Source of the DNA: a bacterium
GTDB lineage: Bacteria > Zhuqueibacterota > Zhuqueibacteria > Residuimicrobiales > Krinioviventaceae
Length of the DNA stretch: 64,000 bases
Direction of reading: 5' to 3'
Assembly: GCA_963674595.2 (NCBI GenBank)
Contig: CAXXFV010000023.1
Span: forward strand, 224,001-288,000
A program made the position numbers and the translations under genes. The notes below the pieces were generated by a model that was not told the DNA's origin, made no database searches, and saw only the letters and a program-made list of their open reading frames with translations. Each line of letters opens with the position of its first letter. The stretch's first letter is position 1. Shown here in pieces: positions 40,810-50,857 of this stretch.

Positions 40810-42642
40810 CTAGTCGTTAAAATTCCAGGTAAAACCCCAGCGAAACTGGTTTTGCGGCATTGAATAGGGGTAAACCAGTTGATATTCCTGTCCTAAAAAA
40901 TTATCCAAAGCTACAAAAATTACGGCATCACGAAATGTAAACATGCCGTGTAAATAGGGGACCACAATCGGATCAAGCTTTTCAGCATAATAACTGAAAT
41001 TGCTGAACTGTGAAAAGGTGTAATATTGTTCTCCGGTTAATGTCAATCCTATTCTGAGCCTGGTATAAAGATCACCTTTGAATAACGGATAGGCCCATTG
41101 CGCAAATGCCTTGGCATAATATTTTGGTGTACTGAGCTGATAAATGTCGTTTTGTTTTAAATCAGAAACAATGAATTTGCTTTTTAGCTGCAGGGACGTG
41201 TTTTTTATCACGGATTGTTTCAGATTTAAATCCACTACAAAATTTTGTTTATCGGGCAGGTTTTGAAAAACAGGTAAATCATCGATTTGGAATAAAACCG
41301 CGCCTATGGGATTTTTTGATTTTTGAAAAGACACGGATGAAAAGAGCTCGGTCTTACAGGTTTTATATTCTAATGCTAATCCGGCTTGTTGAATTTGGGT
41401 TCGCTGTAAATTTGTATTTCCTGTAACAAACGGATCGTTGATGTACTTTGCTTCAAAGGATGGTTCCAGACAGGATTGATGTGCCCACGCTATAAATTTT
41501 GTATTCGGCGTCATCAAATATGTCAAGCCGATTTCCGGTTCAATAGTGGCATCAAAATTTTTTGCTTTTTTACTGTTTAATAACAGATACCATTCAATAT
41601 TTTTTGAATAGTTACCCTGAATATTGGTCCAGAATTCCAGTTTATCCTGATCAGCGTTTTGCCAAAATTCGCTTTCCAGTTTATCCCGTGTTGATTGTAC
41701 GCCTGCTTTTATCTGAAACGGATTTTTGATAATAACATATTGGGCCAGAATGCGGGTTCTTTTTGCAGTATGAACGGATTCAAAATCTCTGTGCATATAA
41801 CCGAAAAATTCTCTTTTCAGATTAGTGTACTGAAGAAAAACAGAAAATCTGTCATGATACTGAATGTGTAATCCCTGGTCTTTACGTTGGTCTTTATGGT
41901 GTATCAGGGGATAACGAAAACCGGTTGGTGCAAAATAAAGCGGCATATCCAGATCAAACTTTTGGGACAGCAATATATATTTCACTGTCCATCGAGTGAA
42001 CAGTTTTTTTTGTATCTGAAGGTTTGTTTTTAAAGCGCGATAATTGCTGTAAAGTTGTGTGCTGTGATAATTTTTTAAAACAGAGCCGGCATTGATGGCC
42101 AAAGTCGGAGATGCCTGCATCCCGGCTCGTACATCTATGTCGTCATATCCGCTGGTTCCATTACGGTAAGTGATCCTGGACCGGATTGGATTTGCGGCGA
42201 TATTTATCGGATTGATTTTCAATGATTGTCCCAGTTGTTCATTACCGAATCGTCGCTGCTGGTTCGTCAATATGATATCAGCTTTATCAATACTTTCAAC
42301 CGGTATCATGTTGAGGTTTACCTTTTCAGTAATGGGGTCATTCAGCAAAAGGCCGTCATAATCGATTTTTGATTGCTGTTCTGAACCGCAAAAGATAAAA
42401 CCAGGTGCCATGCGTCCGGTACTACCTTGGTTAAAATAATAAGTCGCCGGCATCCAGTTATAAATATCGGCAAAGGATGTATAATTCCATCCGATGATGG
42501 CTGTCGAATCTATTGTCAAGGCATTTATAGATTCGGGGGGTGCTGAAACAGAGTCCGTCTTTACAGTGTTTTCAACCTGCGTTTGTGCTGAAAGATGTGA
42601 AATATATAATAAAAGAGTTATGAACAGATATGTTTTTTTCAA
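40810..42642 (-). CDS. Outer-membrane receptor (TonB-dependent plug-like domain plus barrel; putative porin/BtuB-like), TTG start
   Basis: Signal peptide; plug-like YDGLLLNDP...NLNMIPVESIDK; beta-strand pattern; C-terminal FRWGFTWNFND. Confidence 0.7.
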   Translation of the reverse strand: MKKTYLFITLLLYISHLSAQTQVENTVKTDSVSAPPESINALTIDSTAIIGWNYTSFADIYNWMPATYYFNQGSTGRMAPGFIFCGSEQQSKIDYDGLLLNDPITEKVNLNMIPVESIDKADIILTNQQRRFGNEQLGQSLKINPINIAANPIRSRITYRNGTSGYDDIDVRAGMQASPTLAINAGSVLKNYHSTQLYSNYRALKTNLQIQKKLFTRWTVKYILLSQKFDLDMPLYFAPTGFRYPLIHHKDQRKDQGLHIQYHDRFSVFLQYTNLKREFFGYMHRDFESVHTAKRTRILAQYVIIKNPFQIKAGVQSTRDKLESEFWQNADQDKLEFWTNIQGNYSKNIEWYLLLNSKKAKNFDATIEPEIGLTYLMTPNTKFIAWAHQSCLEPSFEAKYINDPFVTGNTNLQRTQIQQAGLALEYKTCKTELFSSVSFQKSKNPIGAVLFQIDDLPVFQNLPDKQNFVVDLNLKQSVIKNTSLQLKSKFIVSDLKQNDIYQLSTPKYYAKAFAQWAYPLFKGDLYTRLRIGLTLTGEQYYTFSQFSNFSYYAEKLDPIVVPYLHGMFTFRDAVIFVALDNFLGQEYQLVYPYSMPQNQFRWGFTWNFND

Positions 42643-42649
42643 ATGTAAC

Positions 42650-43201
42650 TCACTTTTTGTTGTTTTGTAAGCAAAAGGGCTGTATTCTTTTTAAAATAAC
42701 CGGAACAATGAAAATAAATGTCACAGTATTGATCGTCAAATGTATTAAGTAAAAAGACATTCCATAAAGAAAAGACACCACCATCTTTTGAAAATTAGCA
42801 CCCACCATAAACAGGGTGAAACTCAACGTTGTCATAACATCAAAAAACAGTGTCAAAAGAAAACCGATTGCTCCGAGCAATAACATTTTTTTAATTGTGA
42901 AACTTATTTGTGGATTTTTTTTGAAATAATAACCACCACACCACCCAACAACCGCCATGGAAATAATTTGTGCAATCAGTAAATTCGGCATTGCCATGCC
43001 AAGGGGATTAAAAACAGAAAATAGAAATTCTGACGTTGCACCAATTGCCGCACCATAAACCGGACCAACAATGCAGCCGCTGATAAAAACAGTTGCTGTG
43101 TAAAATTCAACGTTGGGTACACCGGCAAACAGATAACCAATAACCACAGCCATTGCCGTTAACAGAGATGATAAAATAATTTTAGAGTTTAATTTGCGCA
43201 T
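42650..43201 (-). CDS. ECF transporter S-component (CbrT-like)
   Basis: 183 aa, about six TM helices; PNVE motif, GPVYGAAIGA, FNPLG; no T or A components in the window. Confidence 0.75.
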   Translation of the reverse strand: MRKLNSKIILSSLLTAMAVVIGYLFAGVPNVEFYTATVFISGCIVGPVYGAAIGATSEFLFSVFNPLGMAMPNLLIAQIISMAVVGWCGGYYFKKNPQISFTIKKMLLLGAIGFLLTLFFDVMTTLSFTLFMVGANFQKMVVSFLYGMSFYLIHLTINTVTFIFIVPVILKRIQPFCLQNNKK

Positions 43202-43298
43202 CGTGTTTCCGTTTAGAATGAAAGAATCAATTTAGAAAACAGTCATTCGATAATCAAGTGCTTTTTCTGCCCTGTATTTCATCCTGTTAAAAAATATG

Positions 43299-43345
43299 TT
43301 GCATAAAATAGAAAAATATGTTAAAATAGGTGTACATAATAACAC
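43299..43345 (+). promoter_or_regulatory. Sigma-70 promoter with a palindromic operator over the +1 region
   Basis: TTGCAT-N17-TAAAAT (43299-43327) followed by GTGTACATAATAACAC (43330-43345). Confidence 0.5.
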
Positions 43346-43360
43346 TATAAGGCAAAGAGC

Positions 43361-43615
43361 ATGACATTTGAAGAGATAAATGAATATATTGAAGTTATTT
43401 CACATTTTACAAATCAGCGAATGCATCCGCTACGGTTTAAATGGAGAGACAGGACCTATTCCGTGTCGCATGTAAATGGTGTGTGGAGTGATGTAAAAGG
43501 TCAGTCTCGTGAATATCATTACCATGTTTCAACACGGAATTCCGGGTCTTTTGAGCTGATTTATAAAAATAACACATTTACATGGACGCTGGGCCGTGTT
43601 TGTTTGGATGACTGA
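43361..43615 (+). CDS. Small DUF6504-like protein
   Basis: P-x-RF-x-W-x-x-RTY-x-V...W...HYHV...FEL-x-Y...W-x-L pattern. Confidence 0.65.
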   Translation: MTFEEINEYIEVISHFTNQRMHPLRFKWRDRTYSVSHVNGVWSDVKGQSREYHYHVSTRNSGSFELIYKNNTFTWTLGRVCLDD

Positions 43616-43633
43616 AAATACGGTTCCTTTTTT

Positions 43634-44650
43634 TTACATGCCGATGCCGTGTATAACAGCCCCGCATGAAGGGCATGTTCCATTGTTAATATTGTTGTTT
43701 AGTATCTGAAATCCATATCGTTCAATAAGCTTTGTGCCGCATTTGTAACAAAAACTGTGTTCACCAATATCTCCGGCAATGTTTCCGGTATAAACATAAT
43801 ACAACCCGCATTCCTGCCCGATTTCCCTGCCTCTTTGAATTATACTCGGCAATGTTGGCGGGACCATTTGATATTTATAGTTCGGATAAAACCGGCTGAT
43901 ATGCCAGGGTGTTTCCGGTCCGAGTTCGTTTTTAATAAAAAGTGCGATTTCTTTTAAATTTTTTTCATTATCAACATGTTGGGGCACAACGAGTGTTGTA
44001 ATTTCCAGCCAGATGTTTAGTTTTTTCATCTGTTTCAGCGTGTTAAGTACATGTTTTAAATTGCCACCGACAGTGTTTTTGTAAAAATCTTCGTCCCAAC
44101 CTTTAAGGTCAATGTTGGCGGCTTTTAAAAACGGTGCTGCCTCTTGCAACGGCTTTTGGTTAATATATCCATTGCTGACAAAAATGGTATCTATCTCGTA
44201 TTTTGCAGCAAGCTTGGCAATGTCCAACGCATATTCATAATAAACAGTCGGTTCTGTGTATGTGCAGGAAATGGTCTTGCATTGAGCTTGCAGGGCAAGT
44301 GCAACGATATTTTCAGCGCTTAATGTGTCGCCTAGAATATGACGATTGCCTGTTTTGGGCATTTGTGAAATTTCGTGATTCTGACAAAATTGGCACGAAA
44401 AATTACAGCCTGCTGTGGCAACAGAAAAAGATTTTGAACCCGGATGGACATGAAACAGTGGTTTTTTTTCTATGGGATCAATATGCGTGGCAATGGCTTT
44501 TTCATAAACAAGACTGTACAGCGTTCCTTTTCTGTTTTCCCGAACACCGCAAATGCCCCGTTCACCCGGATTGATTTTACATTGATGCGGACAAAGCAGG
44601 CACATAACTTTGTCGTCTGCAAGCTTTTGGTAATACAGAGCTTCCTTCAT
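43634..44650 (-). CDS. amrS: AmmeMemoRadiSam system radical SAM enzyme
   Basis: CLLCPHQC...CGVREN, DPIEKKPLFH, CNFSCQFCQN (CxxxCxxC), TYTEP, PWHISRFYP, YVYTGN, C-terminal Zn ribbon. Confidence 0.92.
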   Translation of the reverse strand: MKEALYYQKLADDKVMCLLCPHQCKINPGERGICGVRENRKGTLYSLVYEKAIATHIDPIEKKPLFHVHPGSKSFSVATAGCNFSCQFCQNHEISQMPKTGNRHILGDTLSAENIVALALQAQCKTISCTYTEPTVYYEYALDIAKLAAKYEIDTIFVSNGYINQKPLQEAAPFLKAANIDLKGWDEDFYKNTVGGNLKHVLNTLKQMKKLNIWLEITTLVVPQHVDNEKNLKEIALFIKNELGPETPWHISRFYPNYKYQMVPPTLPSIIQRGREIGQECGLYYVYTGNIAGDIGEHSFCYKCGTKLIERYGFQILNNNINNGTCPSCGAVIHGIGM

Positions 44651-44659
44651 AATAAGCTC

Positions 44660-45208
44660 CTATTTTTGTTCCCGTTCTTTTTTACTGAAAATACAGCCAC
44701 AATAGTCTTGACGATAAAGATTATATTGTTTTGAAAGTTCAATGCTCCGTTTGAACCCGTCTTTCTTTTTAAAATTGGATTCGAGATATTTTGTTCCCGT
44801 TTTTTCTGCTATCTCAAAACCGATTTTATTAATAAGCTCGGCATCTTTATGAGGACTAACAGTGAGCACAGTGCCGAAATAGTCGTATCCGTTTTCTTTG
44901 GCGGCAAGGGCTGTTTTTTGCAGGCGCATATAAAAGCAAACATGGCAGCGGGCGCCTTTTTCCGGCTCATGTTCCAGACCTTTAACTGCTTCAAACCAGT
45001 TTTTGGAATCATAGGGGGCCGGAAGTACTGAAACACCGATAAGCGGTGCCAGCCGGATCATCTCTTCAACACGCAGCTCATATTCGGATTGCGGGTGTAT
45101 ATTGGGATTATAAAAAAACACACCCACATCAAAATCCTGCTGTAATCGTTCCGCACCGACGGTTGCATCCGGGGCGCAACATACCTGGAGTAGTATTTTG
45201 GGTTTCAT
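44660..45208 (-). CDS. queH: Epoxyqueuosine reductase QueH
   Basis: CCAPD, YNPNIHP-x-x-EY, EPEKGARC-x-x-C, SPHK, LYRQDYCGC-x-FS. Confidence 0.92.
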   Translation of the reverse strand: MKPKILLQVCCAPDATVGAERLQQDFDVGVFFYNPNIHPQSEYELRVEEMIRLAPLIGVSVLPAPYDSKNWFEAVKGLEHEPEKGARCHVCFYMRLQKTALAAKENGYDYFGTVLTVSPHKDAELINKIGFEIAEKTGTKYLESNFKKKDGFKRSIELSKQYNLYRQDYCGCIFSKKEREQK

Positions 45209-46458
45209 CGTGTTTTTAAACCTCCAAGCCGGTCCATGATATATTTCCCTGTTTCAAAGATGGGTTCTGTTTTATTAATTTCGAGTTTTTCTCCAATTAT
45301 AATTTTAACAGGATGTATTTGAAAGAACGAACCCCATCTGGGCAGCACCTCAAAAGAACCCTGAATTCTGACCGGATAAACAGGAACGTCCAGGCTTTTT
45401 AAAAATTTAACAACACCAAGTTTTGGGGGTAAAAAATGACTGTCCCAGGTCCGTTCGCCCTCAATAAAAATACCAACCGGTTCTTCATATTCCAAAACCC
45501 GCAACGCACTGCGTATGCATTGAGGGTCTGTTTCATGTCTTTTTACCGGAATGGCCCTGAACACATTGAGCACATATCGGAACAGTTTGTTTTTAAATTC
45601 ACTGTTTTTGGTGAAAAATGAAATTCTTCGTTTAAGAACAGCCTGAACTAGAAACGGGTCTAATAGCCCTTCGTGGTTGAGAATGATAACAAAAGGGCCC
45701 TTCTTTGGCAGATGTGACTTGCCGGATATTGAAATTCGAAATGCAAGCTTGAACAGCCATTTTGCCACAAATTTCAGGAAAAAGTAAAATAATTTGTCTC
45801 GTTTTCGTTCCTCAACATGGTGTGTTGGTGAAAAGCGTTTTAGGGCAGCTGGTCCTGGTTTTGGTTGTTTGAATGTGATTTTGGGTTGATATTCAACAAT
45901 GGTCCGGCCTGTTTTGTTACGCCAAAAATCATCAAGGATATTTCGTGTCGTTAGTTCCAATTGGTAGGGACTTTCTTTTTGAAAATCCAGGCGAAAATAG
46001 GGTTGGTTTTTTATTTTTAACAAAAAATGGCTGGAATCTGTTGTAATGCAGGTTATATCTGCAAGATCGAATTCGAAACAGGGTTTTTCCGAAGCAAAGG
46101 AAATTTTGTCTGTTGTGATTAAAAGGTTCCCTTCCTGTACAAAAATCGGTAAATCAATGTTGTTATAAATGCCTATCTGGTGCTGCCAGGATGATATATT
46201 TTGGGCTTTGTATAATTTAGCCGGACCGCTTTTAAACAGAACCTTATCATCTCCATTCGAACGTGCGTTGTCCTTTTGAAGATGTTCTTTAATATCAGCA
46301 AACCATTCGTCGCACAACCGGATTTGATCGTTGATCTGAATCAAGCTGCCTTTTCGTTTAAATTTGGCGTGACAGGAACTGCATTCCGTTTTTCCATCTG
46401 AGATAATTGAATTTTTTGAAAAACATATAGGGCAGATAAATAAAAGATGTTCTATCAT
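45205..46458 (-). CDS. Lysophospholipid acyltransferase (PlsC-like) with an N-terminal Zn-ribbon extension
   Basis: CPIC...CSSC N-terminus; NHEGLLD (HX4D), FFTK, FIEGERTWD. Confidence 0.85.
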   Translation of the reverse strand: MIEHLLFICPICFSKNSIISDGKTECSSCHAKFKRKGSLIQINDQIRLCDEWFADIKEHLQKDNARSNGDDKVLFKSGPAKLYKAQNISSWQHQIGIYNNIDLPIFVQEGNLLITTDKISFASEKPCFEFDLADITCITTDSSHFLLKIKNQPYFRLDFQKESPYQLELTTRNILDDFWRNKTGRTIVEYQPKITFKQPKPGPAALKRFSPTHHVEERKRDKLFYFFLKFVAKWLFKLAFRISISGKSHLPKKGPFVIILNHEGLLDPFLVQAVLKRRISFFTKNSEFKNKLFRYVLNVFRAIPVKRHETDPQCIRSALRVLEYEEPVGIFIEGERTWDSHFLPPKLGVVKFLKSLDVPVYPVRIQGSFEVLPRWGSFFQIHPVKIIIGEKLEINKTEPIFETGKYIMDRLGGLKTR

Positions 46459-46483
46459 GGGATCCGTTCATGTTTTAATTAGT

Positions 46484-47710
46484 TTATTTTTGCTTTATAA
46501 CCTGATTAAAAACCCTAATAAAATTTTTACCCCATATTTTTTCAATATCCTTGTCCGAATAACCTCTTTTAACAAGTTCTATAGTAATATTTGGTAATTC
46601 AGAAACATCATTACATCCATCAACACCGCCGCCGCCGTCAAAATCAGTGCCGATGCCGACATAGTCAATGCCGACAAGTTTCACCACATGGTCTATATGG
46701 TCAACAATATCTTTAACCGATGCCCTGGGAGAAGGATATTTGTTCATAATTTCCTGCTTTTCCAGTTCGTATTGTTTTTTTTGTGCGTCCTGTAACTTAT
46801 CAAACGGACCAAATTTTTCATCAAGCTTTTTAAGCGCCGAGTCACCTTGGGCTGTGATATCCGGTGTTTTTAAATATATATCAAGAATACACATTTGCAA
46901 AACACCGTTGTTTTTCGCCAGAGCGCGGATCATGTCGTCTGTCATATTTCGGGGATGGTCGCATAGGCTTCGTACGCAGGAGTGGCTGGCAATGACAGGC
47001 GCTTTACTTGTACTCAAAACATCATAAAATGCCTTGTCTGATATATGTGAAACATCGATAATCATTCCCAGATTGTTCATTTCATGGACAACCTGTTTGC
47101 CGAATTCACTGAGACCATTGTGTTCGGGTCCATTTCCATCTGTCGATGAGTCGCAAATATCGTTGTTTTTCGAGTGGCTTAATGTAATGTATCGAACGTC
47201 TTTATCATAGAACTTTTTTATGTTTTTAATATTTTTAGCAATGGCAAAACCGTTTTCAATGCCGATAAGTGCCGAAAGATACCCCTGTTCATTATTTTTA
47301 TAAATTTCATCCGGAGAGGTTGCCATACGGATGATGTCATTGTTTTGTTGACACATCTTGTGAATAGCATTAATAAGGTTATCTGCTTTGTTCTCTGCTA
47401 TTTCGTATTGTTCCGGGTCACGGTCTCTTTGGCCGACAAAAGCCGCAAAAAACAGAGCGTCCAAACCGCCCTGTTTCATTCTTGGTAAATCAATTTTGGA
47501 ATCATCTTTTATTGTCGGTGTGTGATGTTTGGAAATATCCCAATCCGGTTTTATCATATTTAATGGCGTATCACAATGGGTATCGATCGTCAATATTTTA
47601 TTATGAAGGTTTTTTGCATAATCGGCATTTTTTATATCTGGTGTACTTTTACAATTTATAAAAAGTGTGATAGATATTCCGCAAAGGAAAAGTCGGGCAG
47701 CTTTTTTCAT
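46484..47710 (-). CDS. Membrane dipeptidase (peptidase M19), lipoprotein
   Basis: IDTHCD, GIENG, YITLSH, DVSH, ASHS, GIGTDFDGGG, KIWGKNFIRV. Confidence 0.93.
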   Translation of the reverse strand: MKKAARLFLCGISITLFINCKSTPDIKNADYAKNLHNKILTIDTHCDTPLNMIKPDWDISKHHTPTIKDDSKIDLPRMKQGGLDALFFAAFVGQRDRDPEQYEIAENKADNLINAIHKMCQQNNDIIRMATSPDEIYKNNEQGYLSALIGIENGFAIAKNIKNIKKFYDKDVRYITLSHSKNNDICDSSTDGNGPEHNGLSEFGKQVVHEMNNLGMIIDVSHISDKAFYDVLSTSKAPVIASHSCVRSLCDHPRNMTDDMIRALAKNNGVLQMCILDIYLKTPDITAQGDSALKKLDEKFGPFDKLQDAQKKQYELEKQEIMNKYPSPRASVKDIVDHIDHVVKLVGIDYVGIGTDFDGGGGVDGCNDVSELPNITIELVKRGYSDKDIEKIWGKNFIRVFNQVIKQK

Positions 47711-47819
47711 TCCGGTTCCTTGTTCAAGTCGTTAAAAGTGATTTTGTTTAAAATTCTTGGCATTGGTTAGTAATTTATCCAATATATAACATAACAGGCT
47801 GGTTTTCGTTTGATATGTT

Positions 47820-49056
47820 TTACATATCCTTTGTTATAATTTCTTTTGTTCCGTCAAAATGCAGTATATACATATTATCGTTTTCGATTAATAACATTTG
47901 GGGATCGGAATTGTCTTTTAAAATATCGTTTTCGGGTATATAAGGCACACTAACACCGATTAAAATCACTTTATTATCATACAATGGCGTTATTTTTTTT
48001 ATATGTTGATGCCCCATAATGATGGTGTCACTGTTGTAATAATCAAGTATTTCAGTCAACCGGTTTGAGAAATTTTTCTTTTCCCATTTTATGTATTTTA
48101 AGGAGAAATATTCGTCACACCAATAGGGCCCCCAAAAACCTTTTAATCGCCTGAAAATTTCTCGTTCATCTTTATCGGCGGCATAATAGTGTTTCAGTTT
48201 TAATAATTTTCGTGTATAGTTATTAATGTCGTTAATTTCCAGTTGTTCTTTTTTCAAATAAGTTGAAATACATGCATGTGAAAAAAGGACATTGTTGATT
48301 TTTATGACCCCATTTTTAGTGCCGAGCCATTTTCCAAATTCCGTGTCCTGGCCAAACAATTTTGTATAATCAAAGCTGGCGATGGAATATCCGCTATTGT
48401 CCAGGTCCAATTTTTCCATTATCAATTCATATTTTTTGTGAATGCGGTGGAGTCTTCCCTTTAATATTCCTATTTCATGATTACCCAATAAATAATGGAC
48501 TTTGCCTCCGGCTGTTTCCGCCTGTTTTTTCAAGTTTTTTGATGAACCAGAGGCACTGGGTGACATTGGGTCCCTTATCGAGCACATCTCCCACAATGAC
48601 AAGATGTCCGGTTTCCCAATTCCAGTTTAAACTGTCATCTATTATGTGATTGTTCTGCAAACGGGCCACAAAATAATTAAAACAGCCGTGAATATCTGAA
48701 ACAGCACAAATCCTGTCGGCCACAAAGATCGATGTGTCCGGCTTGTGTTCCTGATATGGATTGAACTCTATATTTAATTCATTTTTGATTTTGTTTAATA
48801 CTAGAGTTGTGTCCTTTAAATTTAATTTTGATTCACTAATATTAAAATCTTTGTTCTGAGGTATGAATTGAATATCTAATATTTTTAGAGTTGTATCATT
48901 TGTCCAAAAAATATAAGGCCCGTCATTTAAATCCATTTTATCATAGGAAATTTGATTGGAACGGTTGAAGAAATAAAACAATCCTAATGATATAAGGACG
49001 ATAACAAAACTAATAATTCCAAAGATCAGAAAAAATTTTTTAATAATTTTTTTCAA
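47820..49056 (-). CDS. Calcineurin-like metallophosphoesterase (Shewanella-like phosphatase type), one homopolymer frameshift
   Basis: VSDIHG and VGDVLDKG in the upstream frame; LGNHE, FSHA and MGHQ in the downstream frame; removing one base from the run at 48525-48530 joins them as KKLEKQAETAGG. Confidence 0.85.
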
Positions 49057-49258
49057 TGGTTCCTTTTTTGCTGTATTTCGTTGGTTTTATTATGGAATAC
49101 GCGGCGTATCGAATCCAGAGTCAATTTATTGGCAAGGATCCCAAGGCCCGGGACACTTTTTACTTTATATAAACCGACAGCGTAACAAGTTCATTTGTCC
49201 CATAATGGGCCGCCTGCATAATTTGCTTCAAGAATTATTTAAAAAATGAATAAATGTT

Positions 49259-50200
49259 TTAACGATCCTTTAACAACAAGTCGATTTTTTCCATATCTTC
49301 TTTTTCAATTGACCAGCCGGTGCCATGTATGTTTTGCTCAACCTGACTTTTTTTACGGGCACCAACAATTGCACAGGTCACAGCCGGATTTTCAAGCGTC
49401 CAGGCAATTGCCAGTTGTCCCACAGTTTTATTATATTTTTGTGCTATTCCCCGTAACTTTTCAATAACCTCTAAATTTCGTGAGAGTTTTGGCTCTTTAA
49501 AATCACCGTTTTTATGACGCCAATCATCTGCGGCCAGTTTTGTTATGTCAAAGGAACCGGATAAAAGCCCGGAATACATGGGACTATAAATAACGACACC
49601 AATATTATTCTTTTTGCAAAAGGGGAGTATTTCTTTTTCCGTATTTCGAACAAACATGCTGTATGGCGGCTGCAGTGAGTCAATGTTTTCAATTTCCAGA
49701 CATTTTTTCATCAGGTCAACATCAAAATTCGAAACGCCCAGCCGGCGCACTTTGCCTTCTTTTTTTAATTTGGCCATTTCATTCCATGACTCTTCTATGG
49801 GTGTATTTATGTCCGGCCAATGGATTTGATAAAGATCAATTGTTTCAATATCAAGCCGTTTTAGGCTGGCTTCAACTTCACGTCTTATACTTGCTGGTTT
49901 TAAACTACGGATCACATTTTCGTGTTCGTCCCAGACCATGCCGCACTTTGTAGCGATGTAAATATCGTCTCTTTTTCCTTTAATGGCTTTACCGACAATT
50001 TTTTCCGAATTGCCAAGACCGTATGCCGGGGCCGTATCGATCCAGTTTATGCCAAGGTCAATGGCCCTGTGAATGGTTTCTATAGAATCTTTTTCGTCGG
50101 ATTGTCCCCAGCCCCATTCCCAGGCCCCGCCAATGGCCCAGGCGCCGAGTCCTATTTCTGTAAGTTCGGGGCCATTTTTCCCCAAGATATTTTTTTTCAT
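49259..50200 (-). CDS. Aldo/keto reductase
   Basis: GLGAWAIGG, IDTAPAYG, IATKCG, IDLYQIHWP, GVSNF, YSPM-x-SGLL. Confidence 0.95.
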   Translation of the reverse strand: MKKNILGKNGPELTEIGLGAWAIGGAWEWGWGQSDEKDSIETIHRAIDLGINWIDTAPAYGLGNSEKIVGKAIKGKRDDIYIATKCGMVWDEHENVIRSLKPASIRREVEASLKRLDIETIDLYQIHWPDINTPIEESWNEMAKLKKEGKVRRLGVSNFDVDLMKKCLEIENIDSLQPPYSMFVRNTEKEILPFCKKNNIGVVIYSPMYSGLLSGSFDITKLAADDWRHKNGDFKEPKLSRNLEVIEKLRGIAQKYNKTVGQLAIAWTLENPAVTCAIVGARKKSQVEQNIHGTGWSIEKEDMEKIDLLLKDR

Positions 50201-50221
50201 TTTAACCTCAATTATTTTTAT

Positions 50222-50857
50222 TTAATTTACAGCAGGTGCTAAAAAGAGTATAACCGGTAAAAGCAATAAAATAATGATAAGCATATTTAAAAAAACGACA
50301 CCAATACCTTTTATTAAGCTGAATTTGTTGACTTCGATGACGCCGTTAATCAAAATGTATAATGACAAAAATCCAATGATAAAATCAACAAAACTTAATA
50401 TGATAAAAACCATATTAAGGACAGGTTGTGCCTGTATCCATTCGATGTTGCTTGTAAAGATATCCTGTCGGAATAAAATATACTTAACGCCCCATAAAGG
50501 CAGTGTGTAAACAATCGGCGCCCAGGACCAGGCAACTGTTACTTTAAGATCGTTTCTGGACGCTATCCCGCCGAGTTTGCGGCTTAAAAAATATAACAGA
50601 TAGCTTTCTATAAACACTGATAAAAACCCGCCTATTGGGCCGGCTATCAGCGTCATGAGTATGAGTACATTAAATGGATACATGTCACCAAATCCCTGTC
50701 CGGCGAGATTGGCGAGCGCTTGCCCAATGCCGCCTAACATAACAAGCAGGTAATAGTGGTGATGTGGATTTGTTTCAATGATATATCGTATCGTCTGTCT
50801 GGGATTTAACCAAATTGTAGACCATGGATTGAGTTCATCGTTCATATTTTTATTCAT
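50222..50857 (-). CDS. Yip1 family membrane protein
   Basis: PWSTIWLNPRQTIRYI N-terminal motif, five TM helices, AWSWAP. Confidence 0.8.
   Translation of the reverse strand: MNKNMNDELNPWSTIWLNPRQTIRYIIETNPHHHYYLLVMLGGIGQALANLAGQGFGDMYPFNVLILMTLIAGPIGGFLSVFIESYLLYFLSRKLGGIASRNDLKVTVAWSWAPIVYTLPLWGVKYILFRQDIFTSNIEWIQAQPVLNMVFIILSFVDFIIGFLSLYILINGVIEVNKFSLIKGIGVVFLNMLIIILLLLPVILFLAPAVN

Noticed and set aside
43202-43360. Cobalamin or other riboswitch upstream of the ECF S-component
   Set aside because: The region is short and AT-rich, is shared with a divergent promoter, and lacks B12-box or other aptamer consensus.
49085-49240. GC-richer intergenic stretch whose minus strand reads HYG...VSRALG/ILAN, like a citrate synthase C-terminal remnant, or a structured RNA
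   Set aside because: The match is short, needs a stop and a frameshift, and has the wrong spacing; no convincing fold. A TBLASTN/Rfam search would be needed to revive it.
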